A model generated the notes under the pieces. The model had not been told where the DNA came from. It saw only the letters and a list, made by a program, of their open reading frames with translations, and made no database searches. A program made the position numbers and the translations under genes. Positions 25,369-36,433 of a stretch of DNA of 64,000 nt are shown here, piece after piece. Origin of the DNA: Balamuthia mandrillaris (taxonomy: Eukaryota); contig JAVKOQ020000015.1 of assembly GCA_031835245.2 (NCBI GenBank), positions 124,001 through 188,000 on the forward strand. The letters run 5' to 3'. The first letter of the stretch is position 1. Every line of letters begins with the position of its first letter.

Positions 25369-27861
25369 ATGAAAAAAGGAGTGCAGCGAGTCCTAAAGTC
25401 CTGCTCCAACTGCAGACGAGCTCACGCAGCATGTGACGAAGGTTTGTTCTTTTCTTATGTGGTTGTTGAAGTTTGTTGTTTTTTTTTTTTAAACGAATGA
25501 TAACAATGATATAACATATATATTTTAAAGGGCGACCATGCAGGCGCTGTATAACAACCAACCAGCAAAGCACTTGCAAGGATCTGCCTCCACGAAAACG
25601 AGGCCGCAAAGCTCCCGCGGAAACCAACCAGGGTTCTTCTTCCGATGGATTCGAAGCTCCTGCTTCCTCCTCTCCCACAACTTCTGTTTCCTCAGCCAAG
25701 CGACCCAAGAAGAGAAACGTTTCTGCTGCTGCTGCTAACGACCAAACTTCTGCCTCTTCTTCCTCTTCTGCTTCTTCGACCGTTCAGTATGAAGACGGCG
25801 CTCCTCCTTTCCTCATTTCGCACTTTTACTCTCGTTCACCATTACCGGAGGACGATTCCAACAACAGCAACAGTAACGTAAAACCAACCCAGTCTCCTCC
25901 TCCTTATTCTCATTTCACTCCTTCTCCGTCTCCTCCTCCTCCCGCTTCTTTTTCGTCTTCGTCTTCCTCTGCCGTTGCCTCTCCTTTCCAACCCATGATG
26001 GAACCTCCGCATGGAACCCAACTTCTGTCCTTGCAACCCACTCTGCCACCACAACAACCATCCCCACAACAGCAGTTGGCTATAATGGACCCGCAAATAC
26101 TTCTTCAACAAATGGAGAACATGCGACAGAGCTTCACCAGCATAACGGAGCAACTGGTGGCTGGTCAACGACAGCTCCAAGAAGAGGTTGAACAGCTTCG
26201 CGACATTCTGTTCTTCCGCCACTCTTCTTCCACCACTTCTACTTCTCCTTCTCGTCTTTCACATCGTCACCAACAACATTCCATAACCTATCATCAGATG
26301 AACAACAACAACAGCAGTAACAATAATGGCGGACTTTTGCGTTTAACGTTGGAAGAAGAAGCGAGAGAAGAATCCTCCACTTCCTCTCCTTCCAGTTCTT
26401 CGCCTCCTCAAACATCTTTCACTTCGTCTTCTCCTGCCGACTTTCCTCCTTCCTATCCTTCTCCTCAACCTCCGTCTTATCACCATCCCTCGGATTGGAG
26501 CCAACCCAACAACTTTGCTTCTTTACCTTCCTCTTCTGCATCCTCTTCTGCCATTCCTTTTCAATCCTTTTCTGATTCTTCTTCATCGCCATCCTCTTCT
26601 TCCTCTGCTTCGTCTTCAACTTCTTCATTTCATTCTTTCAACACTTTTTCGCCTTCGTTTGCGGAAGTCCTTCCATCCTTCCCCGTTCCGCGAACAGGTC
26701 CCAACTTCTTTACGTTACCGCCGGAGGTAGACTACTATAACCCCGCTATACACCCTCATCGTTTTAACTCCATGGAGGGAGAAGCCAGCAGCACTTTGGC
26801 GCATCTTCCCTTGAGAATGCCGGACCAGAACAGACCTTACATACTGGTGAAAGGCAACACTGCGATGGGGCTGTACATCACCTCCATGAACCAAAGTTTT
26901 CTCGACTTGTTTGGCTTTACTTGGGTAACTATTCTTCCCTCCACACTTAAAAGTTTGCTCTTTTTCTCATGTGTTCTCTTTTTTGTTTTGAACCCTATAG
27001 GCGGAGGCAACAGCGAAACCCATCCAAAGCTTGGGTATAGTGCCTCGTGAGGGCTGTGTTATACTCCTGGAAATGTTGTGGCCTGTCTTTCAAAAGTCTG
27101 TGTTTCTATCATGCACCGCTCAGTACGTGTTCCATTGTTTTTCAACGCGTTCGTCTCTCTTTCTTCATGCTAACTGCTGTTCATTCTTTCTTCGCAGACT
27201 CGACTTTATTTGGCAAACTAAAGATAGTACGTCTCATCCTTGCCTCTTATGCTTACTTCCTGCTGAAAGCCCACTTGTTAACACTTTTTTCTCTCGAACA
27301 GAGCGACTGTTTCGTTCACATTCTTTGCACCGTTCTTTCTATGACGAGGAAGGAGAGCATCTCTACGGCTATGCCTCCTTCGAAACCGTCGACTTCAATG
27401 TGACCCGCAACAGCTTGATCGACACTGTTCGCCGATATCACAAGAAATGCGTCTTTGCTTATGAAGGAAAGCCGTTGAACAGATTCACCAAGTCTTGTTC
27501 TTTTGCTTCTTCTTGTGGGCACCAACACCAACAACCACAAACGCTTCCCAACGATCGTATCACTCATGTTCCACCTGAGCCGTCATCTCCTCCACTTCTA
27601 GTGAATGAGGAGTTTTCATACCCATCTTCATGTTCTTTCTCTGCAAATGAAAAGGAAAAAGAGAAAGAGAGAGAAAGAGAGGAAGTCTATGCTCCTGCTT
27701 CTTCCTCTTCTGCTGCTGCTTCGTTTGTGGGTGGACCCGTTGAGCCATTAACCCCTCCAACCTCGTTTTTGGTGGCTGACTTGGAGGAAGTCATCGGCTC
27801 ATCGTCCTCTTGCTCCTCGCCTTGCTCCTCTAGCAGCTCTCCTTCTTTCTTCCTCGCCTGA
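25369..27861 (+). CDS. Zn(II)2Cys6 transcription factor with C-terminal PAS-like domain
   Basis: CSNCRRAHAACDE/GRPCRRCITTNQQSTC followed by basic RKRGRK. PAS-like segment MNQSFLDLFGFTW..TKDKRLF..FYDEEG. Five exons. Confidence 0.85.
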
Positions 27862-28062
27862 AAGTCACCAGCACACAAGCGTTATTTATTTGTATTTTAA
27901 CTCTATCTTGCAAACTCTTCCATTCAGCAGCATTTCTTTCTTTCGCATAGCATTAAACAAACATCACATTCTTTGACTTTACCTGTTAAGCTTGCTTTCT
28001 TGTAACCAAAAACGAACGTGATGAAGCGCAAGTTTCTCTCCGATGGCACAGAAGCAGACCAC

Positions 28063-29139
28063 TCATCCCCCGTTCTCTTTCACCCATGTGACCACTGCCC
28101 ATTCGTTGGCATTGGATGCTCTCCAGCAGCACTCTTGTGCATCCCAAGGACAGCCATTCGCTCTGGCCCATTTCAGCACCTCCAAATGGCCTCCTTCTGC
28201 CGCCCTACTGCAGGTTCGCTCATCCCAGGGGCACCCTTGCTCTCTCGCCCATTTCAACACCGCCAAACGCCCATATCTTGCGGCCATTTCACATGTTTGC
28301 TCATCCCAAGGGCATCCGTGCTCTCTGGCCCATTGCAGCACCTCCAAATGTCCTCCTTCTGCCGCTCTGCTGCACGTTTGCTCATCCCAAGGACAGCCAT
28401 TGCCCCTGGCCCATCGCAGCACCTCCCAATGCCCAGCTTCCGCTGCCGCATCACAAACGGCCTCGTCCCAAGGGCATCCGTGCTCTCTGGCCCACTTCAG
28501 CACTTCCAGATGGCCGTGCCATGCTGCCCTACTACAGGTGTACTCGTCCCAAGGGCATCCGTGCTCTCTTGCCCATTGCAGCACTTCCAAATGGCCACCT
28601 GCAGCTGCTGAACTGCAAACGTTCTCCTCCCAAGGATATCCATGCTCTCTTGCCCATTGCAGCACTTCCAAATGGCCACCGTAAGCTGCACTAGCACATA
28701 CTTCAAGGTGCACAGCCGCCACGCTTCCTCTATATCTTGCGTGAAGCCATTTCAGCAGGTCCAACGCACCTTGTTCGGCAGCGAGCGCATAGACGTCGGC
28801 AAACTCGGCTGAATTGCCGTTTTGCAGGGACCACCGAAAGAGCGGTTGCGTGCTGCACGCTCTCCTCATGGAAAGCCTGTGCCGGAGCTGAGGAGGGGAG
28901 CAACGGAACCAGCGGCGGCAGGTCCGGGCCGCCACCGCCACCATGTCCTTCGGAAGTCGTTCCAACACGTGACATAACAGCTCCTCCGGCAAAAGCGTTT
29001 CCACCAAACACGTTGCTTCCGTGGTGGTTGGGTGTTGAAGCGAAGAGACTGTCGTTTTGGGTCGCTTTGGAGCTGCGCCTTCTTCGGTTGCTGCCTCCTC
29101 TTCCACGAGGTTGCAGCGTTTTGCTGTGTTGTCCCTCAT
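28063..29139 (-). CDS. Intronless F-box + ankyrin-like repeat protein (giant-virus/amoeba type)
   Basis: F-box LLPEELLCHVLERL..ARTCRRW, then about seven 27-aa repeats of E.TCSRAAEGGHLEVLQWAREHGCPWD. Confidence 0.9.
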   Translation of the reverse strand: MRDNTAKRCNLVEEEAATEEGAAPKRPKTTVSSLQHPTTTEATCLVETLLPEELLCHVLERLPKDMVAVAARTCRRWFRCSPPQLRHRLSMRRACSTQPLFRWSLQNGNSAEFADVYALAAEQGALDLLKWLHARYRGSVAAVHLEVCASAAYGGHLEVLQWAREHGYPWEENVCSSAAAGGHLEVLQWAREHGCPWDEYTCSRAAWHGHLEVLKWAREHGCPWDEAVCDAAAEAGHWEVLRWARGNGCPWDEQTCSRAAEGGHLEVLQWAREHGCPWDEQTCEMAARYGRLAVLKWAREQGCPWDERTCSRAAEGGHLEVLKWARANGCPWDAQECCWRASNANEWAVVTWVKENGG

Positions 29140-29219
29140 CTCTTCCTTCCTTTATTTCTCAGCAAACCAAAAAAAACAAAAGAACTCAAACGAGGATATT
29201 ATTGAGTGGATTGGTGCAT

Positions 29220-29577
29220 TCTTGTTGTTCTTGGTCTTGTTCTTGGTCTTCTTTCTTGTTCTTGTTCTTGTTCTTGTTCTTGTTCTTCTTCTTCTTCTTC
29301 TTCTTCTTGTTCTTGTTCTTCATCTTCTTCTTCTTCTTGTTCTTCTTCTTCTTCTTCTTCTTCTTCTTCTTCTTGTTCTTGTTCTTCTTCTTCTTCTTCT
29401 TCTTCTTGTTCTTGTTCTTCATCTTCTTCTTCTTCTTGTTCTTCTTGTTCTTCTTTCTTCTTCTTCTTCTTCTTCTTGTTCTTGTTCTTCTTGTTCTTCT
29501 TGTTCTTCTTGTTCTTCTTCTTGTTCTTTCTTCTTCTTCTTCTTCTTCTTCTTCTTCTTGTTCTTCTTCTTCTTCTT

Positions 29578-29607
<30 letters not shown>
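29220..29607. repeat. (TTC)n/(TTG) trinucleotide microsatellite, about 390 bp, intergenic
   Basis: Directly visible in the sequence. Confidence 0.95.
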
Positions 29608-29609
<2 letters not shown>

Positions 29610-29622
29610 AGTGTATTTCATT

Positions 29623-29660
<38 letters not shown>

Positions 29661-29709
29661 TCCTAAGGAAGCAAACGAAGGAAGGAGGGAGAAAGAAGTA
29701 GAAAAACTG

Positions 29710-31417
29710 TTACCCCATGGTTCCATGTTTTCTTGTGGTTATTTCCTGTGCGTTTTCCAACAAACGTATTAACTTTTCTTTGCATCCTCTCACTTCCTTG
29801 GATCGCATGTACTCCACCAGCTCTGGTAGGATCCACTGCAACCCATTCCGTTCATGTTTAAGAAACAGTCCCAAAAACTCTCTGCACCTCATCCGACAGA
29901 GTTCGCGAAACACCGTTCTGGCAACATCTTCTTGATCCACAATCCATCTCCGAAGTTCTGGCAACAACATCAAAGCTTCCGTCAACTTCTCTCTTTCGGT
30001 CTTTATCCCGAAAGTCCTTCGCAACATGTGGAGGAGACCTTCTACAAACACTTGTTTCCATGCTCCGTTGTCTTCTGTTTCTCCTCCTTTTTCTTTTTCT
30101 TTCTTCGCTTGCTCGTCATTACCTTCACGTTGTTGTTCAAAGAAGAAAGCGATACGGCGTCGAAATAGTCGTAAAAGGAAGAGATAAGAAGAGGTCGAGG
30201 AAGAAGGCATAAGGTGATGAAGGTACATCTCAAACGCACACCACTTGCGTGGCGGCTGACAAGAGTGAGTCAAGAATACGTCTCCGCGAAGTAGCCCTCC
30301 AAAGTCCAACAGTTGTAGCACATCCCACACCAAGGCTTTGTGCCCTCTGTGCAACAGTTGTTGTTCTTGTTGTTGCGTTTGTGGAGCAAGGGACAATCGT
30401 GCTCTCGTGAGTTCAGCAATGACGTGCGGGAGCATCATTGAACGGTCTCGATCCAAGGAAGGAAACAAGAAGGTCAAGTCGGTTATACGCTCCGCCAAGC
30501 GCTCCGATGAGCTCTGTCCCAACAAGAAGGCTGCTGGATGTTGAGCGTGGTACAAGCGTGCCAACACCATCGTCCGAAACAAGCCAAAGCTGCGTCGCGC
30601 CACTCGCAGCAGCTTCCTCTCCTTCTGCTCTTCCGTGGAACAATCCGCAAAAGCCAAAGAAGAATGAGTGAGACACCAAGTGCCAGTCATGCCTCGCAAC
30701 ACAAAGAACGGCAGCTCCTCTCCTCCATTGCCAACGTAGCAGCGATGAGAGGACCATCCCAAGTCCCTTCCAGCAGCACAGACCAGCTCCTCCAACACCA
30801 CAAAGTCCTCAACGCTGACCGACGGGTCCACTCTCAAGCTCCAAGGCAAAAGGCGAGACAAGTTAAAGTCGCCCAGCTCATAGGCGGCCATCGGCTCTGT
30901 AGAAGCCTTTTTCCAGAAGAGTCACGAGGGTGTCCTCTCTTTGGTCCTGCTCTTGGGCATTGGCGCATGTGCCCTCCTGTTTGCCTAGAGTCGCCGGGCG
31001 GGACGCCCTGTTGAGGGCATTGCGAGCAAAAGAACAGTGGGAATGCAGCAGCGACCACAGCTGATGGTCCAGTCGTTCGGCTTCCTGTTGGGAGAGTCTG
31101 GCCCGAGCGGCCTGACGACGTTCCAAGCGGCTCCACACCGCCCGTTTGCGAAGCTCAAACTCCTGGCGCTCCCACAGGGCAAAGCAGGTGCCACCGAGAA
31201 GGTCGCGCCACTCGCGGCAAACGAGGGAGAGTCGCGTGGCGGTCCTGCTGGAGCGGTGGGGGCAGGAAGAGGAGCCGTCGTCGCGGAAGAAGAGGTCCTC
31301 CTTGTGTCGGGCCTCAACGTCGGGGTCCAGGCCCTCCGAAGGCGAGCCTGGCACGTAGTACAGGATCAGCAGGACCAGGCCATCCGTGGCAAGGACTTCC
31401 TCCATAGGAGGTTTCAT
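29710..31417 (-). CDS. Intronless orphan protein with split F-box-like N-terminus; interrupted by one frameshift (assembly error or pseudogene)
   Basis: EVLATDGLVLLILYYV..TRLSLVCREWRDLL. Two long ORFs (30878-31510 and 29710-30891) overlap, and removing one A from GGAAAAAG near 30910 joins them. Confidence 0.6.
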
Positions 31418-31606
31418 GAAGTAGTGCAGCATTTGTTCACATGTACTGCAGCAAAGTCGACAATAAACTGTGAACGTGCAGCTTTTCTGCAATTTTGTTG
31501 CACGATTCATAATTTAGTAGAAAAATTTTCCTGGAAAAAGTATTTTAATATGTGAATACAAAACGGTGAAACTGTTGACTTACGGAGGGAGTGACCACAG
31601 AAAGAA

Positions 31607-32800
31607 ATGCCGGAGGGACCATCCATTCGCTATTGGGGACGCCAAGCCCAAGTGCTCGTGGGCAGACGCGTGCGAAGCATCGAAGGCAACACGAAACAAG
31701 TTAAACGCGACCTCCTCATAGGCCGCGTTCTCAAACAAGTTTGGACTCATGGGAAGGAGTTCTTTCTCTGCTTCAGCCTTGCTCCTTCCTCTGAAACTGG
31801 CGAACAAACCTCCTTCTCCTCTTCTTCTCCTTCTTGTTCTTCTTCTTCATGTTCTTCTACTTCCTCCAACACGAACACAGCCGATGTTTGGTTGCGCCTT
31901 CATTTCATGCTTTATGGCAGCGTCTTTGTCAACTGCTACAGAGAGAAGCCTTCCTCCTACAGCAAGACTGGTAAAGTGGCCGCCCCTCGTTTTGTCTGCA
32001 TCTTCGATACAGCCCGTGAGGAAGAGCAGCAGCTGCTGGCCGTCTACCAGGCCAGCATCACTCACCTCGATGCAGCTCCCTTTGATGACCATCCCACCTG
32101 CATCGACGTTCTCAGCCCTGACTTTGACCATCAACGAGCCCTTCTTGCTTTTATGGCTTACAACAAGATAGAAAGCGAGGATGAGAGTAAAAACAACAAC
32201 AAGAAAGGAGAGAACGCAGCGAGTATCCTGCTCTTTCAAACTCTGTTTGCAGGTTTGGGCAACATCATCAAAGTGGAGGCCCTCTTCCGTGCAAGAGTTC
32301 ATCCAGGGCGTCGCTCTTTATCCCAAGAGGAAGCCAAACGGTTGATCCAGGCGGGAGTGGACGTCTCTCGGGAATGGTACGAGGCCCTGCTGCAAGAGGA
32401 GAGCTTTTGCAGGGACATGAGGCAAATCTACGGGTGTGCCTACTGTCCTGGTGGACACAAGACCAAGCAAGGACGGTTTGGACCGGAGGACGGTCTTCAG
32501 AGAAGGACCAATTGGTGTCCTGTTTGTCAACCTGGGGATGATGAAGAACAGGAAGAAGAGGAAGGAGAGGAAGAAGCAAAAAAGGCCACAAAGACAAAGG
32601 AGAGAAAGAAGAAACAGGACAATGGGAACGTGTTGGTGAAGAAAGAGAAGAAACGAAAGAGAAAGAGTGAAACGAAGATAACGAAAAAGGGAGAGGAGGC
32701 ATGCAAGAAACCTCGACGTGCCTCCTCGCTTGGTTCCACTGCCAGAGGAAAGAACAAGAGCAAGCCGGAAATCCTGGTCCCCATTGTTGTGCTTGACTGA
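31607..32800 (+). CDS. NEIL2: Fpg/Nei DNA glycosylase, NEIL2-like
   Basis: N-terminal MPEGP, HGKEFFL, H2TH motif FAGLGNIIKVEALF, CHCC zinc finger CPGGH..FGPEDGLQRRTNWCPVCQP; intronless. Confidence 0.9.
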   Translation: MPEGPSIRYWGRQAQVLVGRRVRSIEGNTKQVKRDLLIGRVLKQVWTHGKEFFLCFSLAPSSETGEQTSFSSSSPSCSSSSCSSTSSNTNTADVWLRLHFMLYGSVFVNCYREKPSSYSKTGKVAAPRFVCIFDTAREEEQQLLAVYQASITHLDAAPFDDHPTCIDVLSPDFDHQRALLAFMAYNKIESEDESKNNNKKGENAASILLFQTLFAGLGNIIKVEALFRARVHPGRRSLSQEEAKRLIQAGVDVSREWYEALLQEESFCRDMRQIYGCAYCPGGHKTKQGRFGPEDGLQRRTNWCPVCQPGDDEEQEEEEGEEEAKKATKTKERKKKQDNGNVLVKKEKKRKRKSETKITKKGEEACKKPRRASSLGSTARGKNKSKPEILVPIVVLD

Positions 32801-32922
32801 TGGGTTTCGGCAGGGATGGAGGGAGGAACCACACCGCGAAGAAACAAGACTTTACACCACCAAAGTCCACGTAGCCCAGAAGACGCTGCCCTTCCTTGTG
32901 GAAGAGCTGAAAGTCTTTCACT

Positions 32923-33870
32923 TTAAAAACAACATAGATTCTCTTCACCCTCCAGATAACGCCCCCAAATACAACGGATCTTCTCGCTATTCTTCAATCG
33001 ATGCATGTGAAACGGGTGCTTGACTGCCTCCTTGCCCTTTACACAAGCCGTCCGCACGAACCGCTTATCGCTCTGCAGCTCGATCGTCACGCCCTCTTTC
33101 TTGCACTGCTCTATCCACAGACCGATGCTCAAATCCTCGAACCACTTGTGCCTCGGAAAGTGGTCCATCCTCAATTGAGTGGTGAAGTACTCCGCCAAGG
33201 GCACGGTCATGACGTAGCCTCCTCCTTGTGGATAAGGAGGAAAGACCTCCTCTCCCCAAATGCTTTCCTCGATGAAGAACTCGCTTTCTGGATCTGATGA
33301 CCGTTTCATCTTCGTTTCTGCCCGTCCGCTCACCCACAAGTCCTTTGCCCTGTGTTCGTTGGCTTTCAGGAACTCCATCAGTTGCAAGGGGAAGATCAGC
33401 GTGTCGTCGTCCGCCTTCATGACAAAGGTTGCATTGGTGAGCTTGGCGCCGTACTCCATGATGGCCTCTGACTTGCGGAACATGGCGCCGTAGGTGTCCT
33501 GGCAGTCCACCAAAACGAACTGATGCTGAAGGTGTTGCTGTTCCTCAGGAGAAAGAAGATGCCTTGTGGAGTTGGAGATGAAGAACTTGACCAAGATGGT
33601 TCCGCTGGTGACCAGCGGGTCGCTCATCCAGGTGTCTCGAAGAGCATCCCTTTGTTTCACATTGGAAGCGGTGCTCAGCACGCCGATGAATAAGAACGGC
33701 TTTGCTGTTCCCTCCCACGAGTCTCTTTCCTGCCTCTCCGTCTGGGAAGTGCAACCTCGTTCCCACTGACTCTGTGGTCCCACCACGAAGTAAAAGTAAA
33801 GCAGCACCAAAAGAAAGAACCACACCATCGTGAAGGCTGGCAGCTCCAGCTTTACATGAAGGGGCTGCAT
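32923..33870 (-). CDS. GT31 beta-1,3-galactosyltransferase-like, copy 1
   Basis: Type II TM, LFIGVLS..RDALRDTW, FVMKADDDT, FPPYPQGGGYVM, FEDLSIGLW. Confidence 0.9.
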   Translation of the reverse strand: MQPLHVKLELPAFTMVWFFLLVLLYFYFVVGPQSQWERGCTSQTERQERDSWEGTAKPFLFIGVLSTASNVKQRDALRDTWMSDPLVTSGTILVKFFISNSTRHLLSPEEQQHLQHQFVLVDCQDTYGAMFRKSEAIMEYGAKLTNATFVMKADDDTLIFPLQLMEFLKANEHRAKDLWVSGRAETKMKRSSDPESEFFIEESIWGEEVFPPYPQGGGYVMTVPLAEYFTTQLRMDHFPRHKWFEDLSIGLWIEQCKKEGVTIELQSDKRFVRTACVKGKEAVKHPFHMHRLKNSEKIRCIWGRYLEGEENLCCF

Positions 33871-34499
33871 GCAAAAAACAAAAAAAAAAAAAACAAAAAA
33901 AGACAGGCACAAAAACACAAAACAAACAAATGTCTCGTCAACAGCAAGTTAAAAAACTTAAGAGTTGCAGCAGCACAAACCTGAAGAGTGTGCTTTAAAA
34001 ATACCTGAAAGGACATTCCTCATTTGGCTTTTCACGATGAAAGAAATGAATTAAAACGAAGCCTCTTTTTTGGGGTGGTTTTGCCCTGTTTTCTGCTCGC
34101 TTTTCCGTTTGAGTTTCCCAAAAGTGGAGGAGCACAGATAAGGCTCGGTTAGATGGCGCAACTCTGCCACTCGTCCGACACCTCTGGCCTTCCATGGCCT
34201 GAATTTCCCTCAATTACACTCCCCCCATGTTTGGCAGACCAGCCCATGCCTTTGTCTTACCGACTCCAGTTCAACCAAGAAGTGTTATGGTTATATAGCG
34301 TTTTCCTTTTTTTCCCCCTGTCTACTTCTGTGATGTGTGGGCGGTGACTGGCATACATGGAGGCGTAAGGAGGAAGGAGGGTTTCTCTCCTTGGAGGTGA
34401 GAAACGTCGTCAGGAATCTCCGTCCTCATTTATGTGCTTGGCTGATGGGTTTCGGGAGGGAGGATGGAGGGAGGAAACACGCAGGGGAGAAACAAGACT

Positions 34500-35459
34500 T
34501 TAAACACAACATAGATTCTCTTCACCCTCCAGATAACGCTCCCAAATACAACGGATCTTCTCCCTGTCCTTCAATCGATGCATGTGGAACGGGTGCTTGA
34601 CGTTTTCCACATTCTCTGCACAAGCCGTGGGTACAAACCGATCATCGTTCTGCAGCTCGATCGTCACGCCCTCTTTCTTGCACTGCTCTATCCACAGACC
34701 GATGCTCAAATCCTCGAACCACTTGTGCCTCGGAAAGTGCTCCATCCTCAACCGGGTGGTGAAGTACTCCGCCAAGGGCACGGTCATGATGTAGCCTCCC
34801 CCCTGTGGATACGGAGGAAAGACCTCCTCTCCCCAAATGCTTTCCTCGATGAAGAACTCGCTTTCTGGCTTTGCTGATCGTTTCGTTATTTTTTCTGCCC
34901 ATCCCGTCACCCACAAGTCCTTTGCCCTGTGTTCGTTGGCTTTCAGGAACTCCATCAGTTGCAAGGGGAAGATCAGCGTGTCGTCGTCCGCCTTCATGAC
35001 AAAGGTTGCATTGGCGAGCCTGGCGCCGTACTCCATGATGGCCTCTGACTTGTGGAACATGGCGCCGTAGGTGTCCTGGCAGTCCACCAAAACGAACTGA
35101 TGCTGAAGGTGTTGCTGTTCCTCGGGAGAAAGAAGATGCCTTGTGGAGTTGGAGATGAAGAACTTGACCAAGATGGTTCCGCTGGTGACCAGCGGGTCGC
35201 TCAGCCAGGTGTCTCGAAGGGCATCCCTTTGTTTCACATTGGAAGCGGTGCTCAGCACGCCGATGAACAAGAACGGCGTTGCTGTTCTCTCCAACCAGTC
35301 TCTTTCCTGCCTTTCCGTCTGGGAAGTGCAACCTCTGTCCCACTGACCGTTCTCCTTGCTCTGTGGTCCCACCACGAAGTAAAAGTAAAGCAGCACCAAT
35401 AGAAAGAACCACACCATTGTGAAGGCTGGAAGCTCCAGTTTGCTGCACAGGGTCTGCAT
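34500..35459 (-). CDS. GT31 beta-1,3-galactosyltransferase-like, copy 2 (tandem duplicate)
   Basis: Near-identical to 32923-33870 with the same motifs. Confidence 0.9.
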   Translation of the reverse strand: MQTLCSKLELPAFTMVWFFLLVLLYFYFVVGPQSKENGQWDRGCTSQTERQERDWLERTATPFLFIGVLSTASNVKQRDALRDTWLSDPLVTSGTILVKFFISNSTRHLLSPEEQQHLQHQFVLVDCQDTYGAMFHKSEAIMEYGARLANATFVMKADDDTLIFPLQLMEFLKANEHRAKDLWVTGWAEKITKRSAKPESEFFIEESIWGEEVFPPYPQGGGYIMTVPLAEYFTTRLRMEHFPRHKWFEDLSIGLWIEQCKKEGVTIELQNDDRFVPTACAENVENVKHPFHMHRLKDREKIRCIWERYLEGEENLCCV

Positions 35460-35949
35460 GCCAAAGAATAAAAATAAACAGAACAACCAAACAAAGGTCT
35501 CGTCAACAACAAGTTAACAACTTAATAGCAGGAGAAGCAAAACAAGCTGGAGCCGATCCATTCGTTTTATACCTTTGGGAGGGATGCCTAGTTTGGTTAG
35601 GTACCATCCATGAGTTATGAATTAAAAATAAGGGCAACAAGTCTCTTTTGGGATGGGTTTTTCCATTGTTTTCTACTCGCTTTTGCGTTTGGGTCCTCCT
35701 CCTCCAAAAAAAAAAACAACAACAACAACATCAAAGAAAGGGAAGAGCGCAGAAAGGACTGTTGTTCTTGTTCGTTGCCGGGGAGGGGCTGACCGTTCAA
35801 GCAGGGCAGATCAAAACTTTCTGCTGAAAAAGCACAGAAGAAGAAGGAAGAAGGAAGAGGAAGAATAATGTGAGGCCCCCCCCCCAAGAACGTGGCACAT
35901 GGTGGCAGATTGAAAAAAAAAATCGGTTTGGTTCACGTTCTGGTGTGAG

Positions 35950-36110
35950 TTTGGTCCACCGACAGTGATTGCTTGAAGGCACTGTTCCTCAGTGGTGCGT
36001 TGTTTGGGCTGGAGATGAAGAACTTGACCAAGATGGCTGCAGTGGTGGCCAGCGGATCCCTCATCCAGGTTGCTTCCCGCGTGCATCGTCGCTCTACATT
36101 GGAAGCCAAG
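35950..36110 (-). pseudogene. Decayed fragment of a third GT31 copy
   Basis: ASNVERRCTREATWMRDPLATTAAILVKFFISS aligns to ASNVKQRDALRDTWMSDPLVTSGTILVKFFISN; shared nucleotide string tggagatgaagaacttgaccaagatgg. Confidence 0.75.
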
Positions 36111-36433
36111 CGCCTGCTGCCTTCCACAAGCCCAAGGTCCAGCAGCTGTTCCTTCGAAGGCAGTTCGCTGTGGTGATCCTCCGTCAATTCGTCGTAGTAA
36201 GCCGTGGCAGCAGAAGCAGTTTCATCAAGCTGTGGTCCGATATAGCAGCGATGGCATCGTGGAGGCCACCAGGTCCACATCCACAGCAGCCACATCCTCA
36301 AACGACGAACCGTGTCGACACGGCTGCTTGTAGGCAGGACGAAGTAATTGTCGACATTTTGTCGACAAAAATGTAACGGGCACAAACAACAAACTTCTCT
36401 GAGTGGAGAGGGACAAAAGAGTGGAAAAGAAAA

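Noticed and set aside
28100..28700. Regular 81-bp repeats as a CRISPR-like array
   Set aside because: They are in-frame coding ankyrin-like repeats without unique spacers.
29057..29772. Long poly-F/L/S/K/E ORFs
   Set aside because: Translations of a (TTC)n microsatellite; the same applies to the ORFs over 13638-14657 and 57815-58461.
34190..34220. WPEFPSI as a relic NEIL2 start (MPEGPSI)
   Set aside because: Similarity is too short and does not extend.
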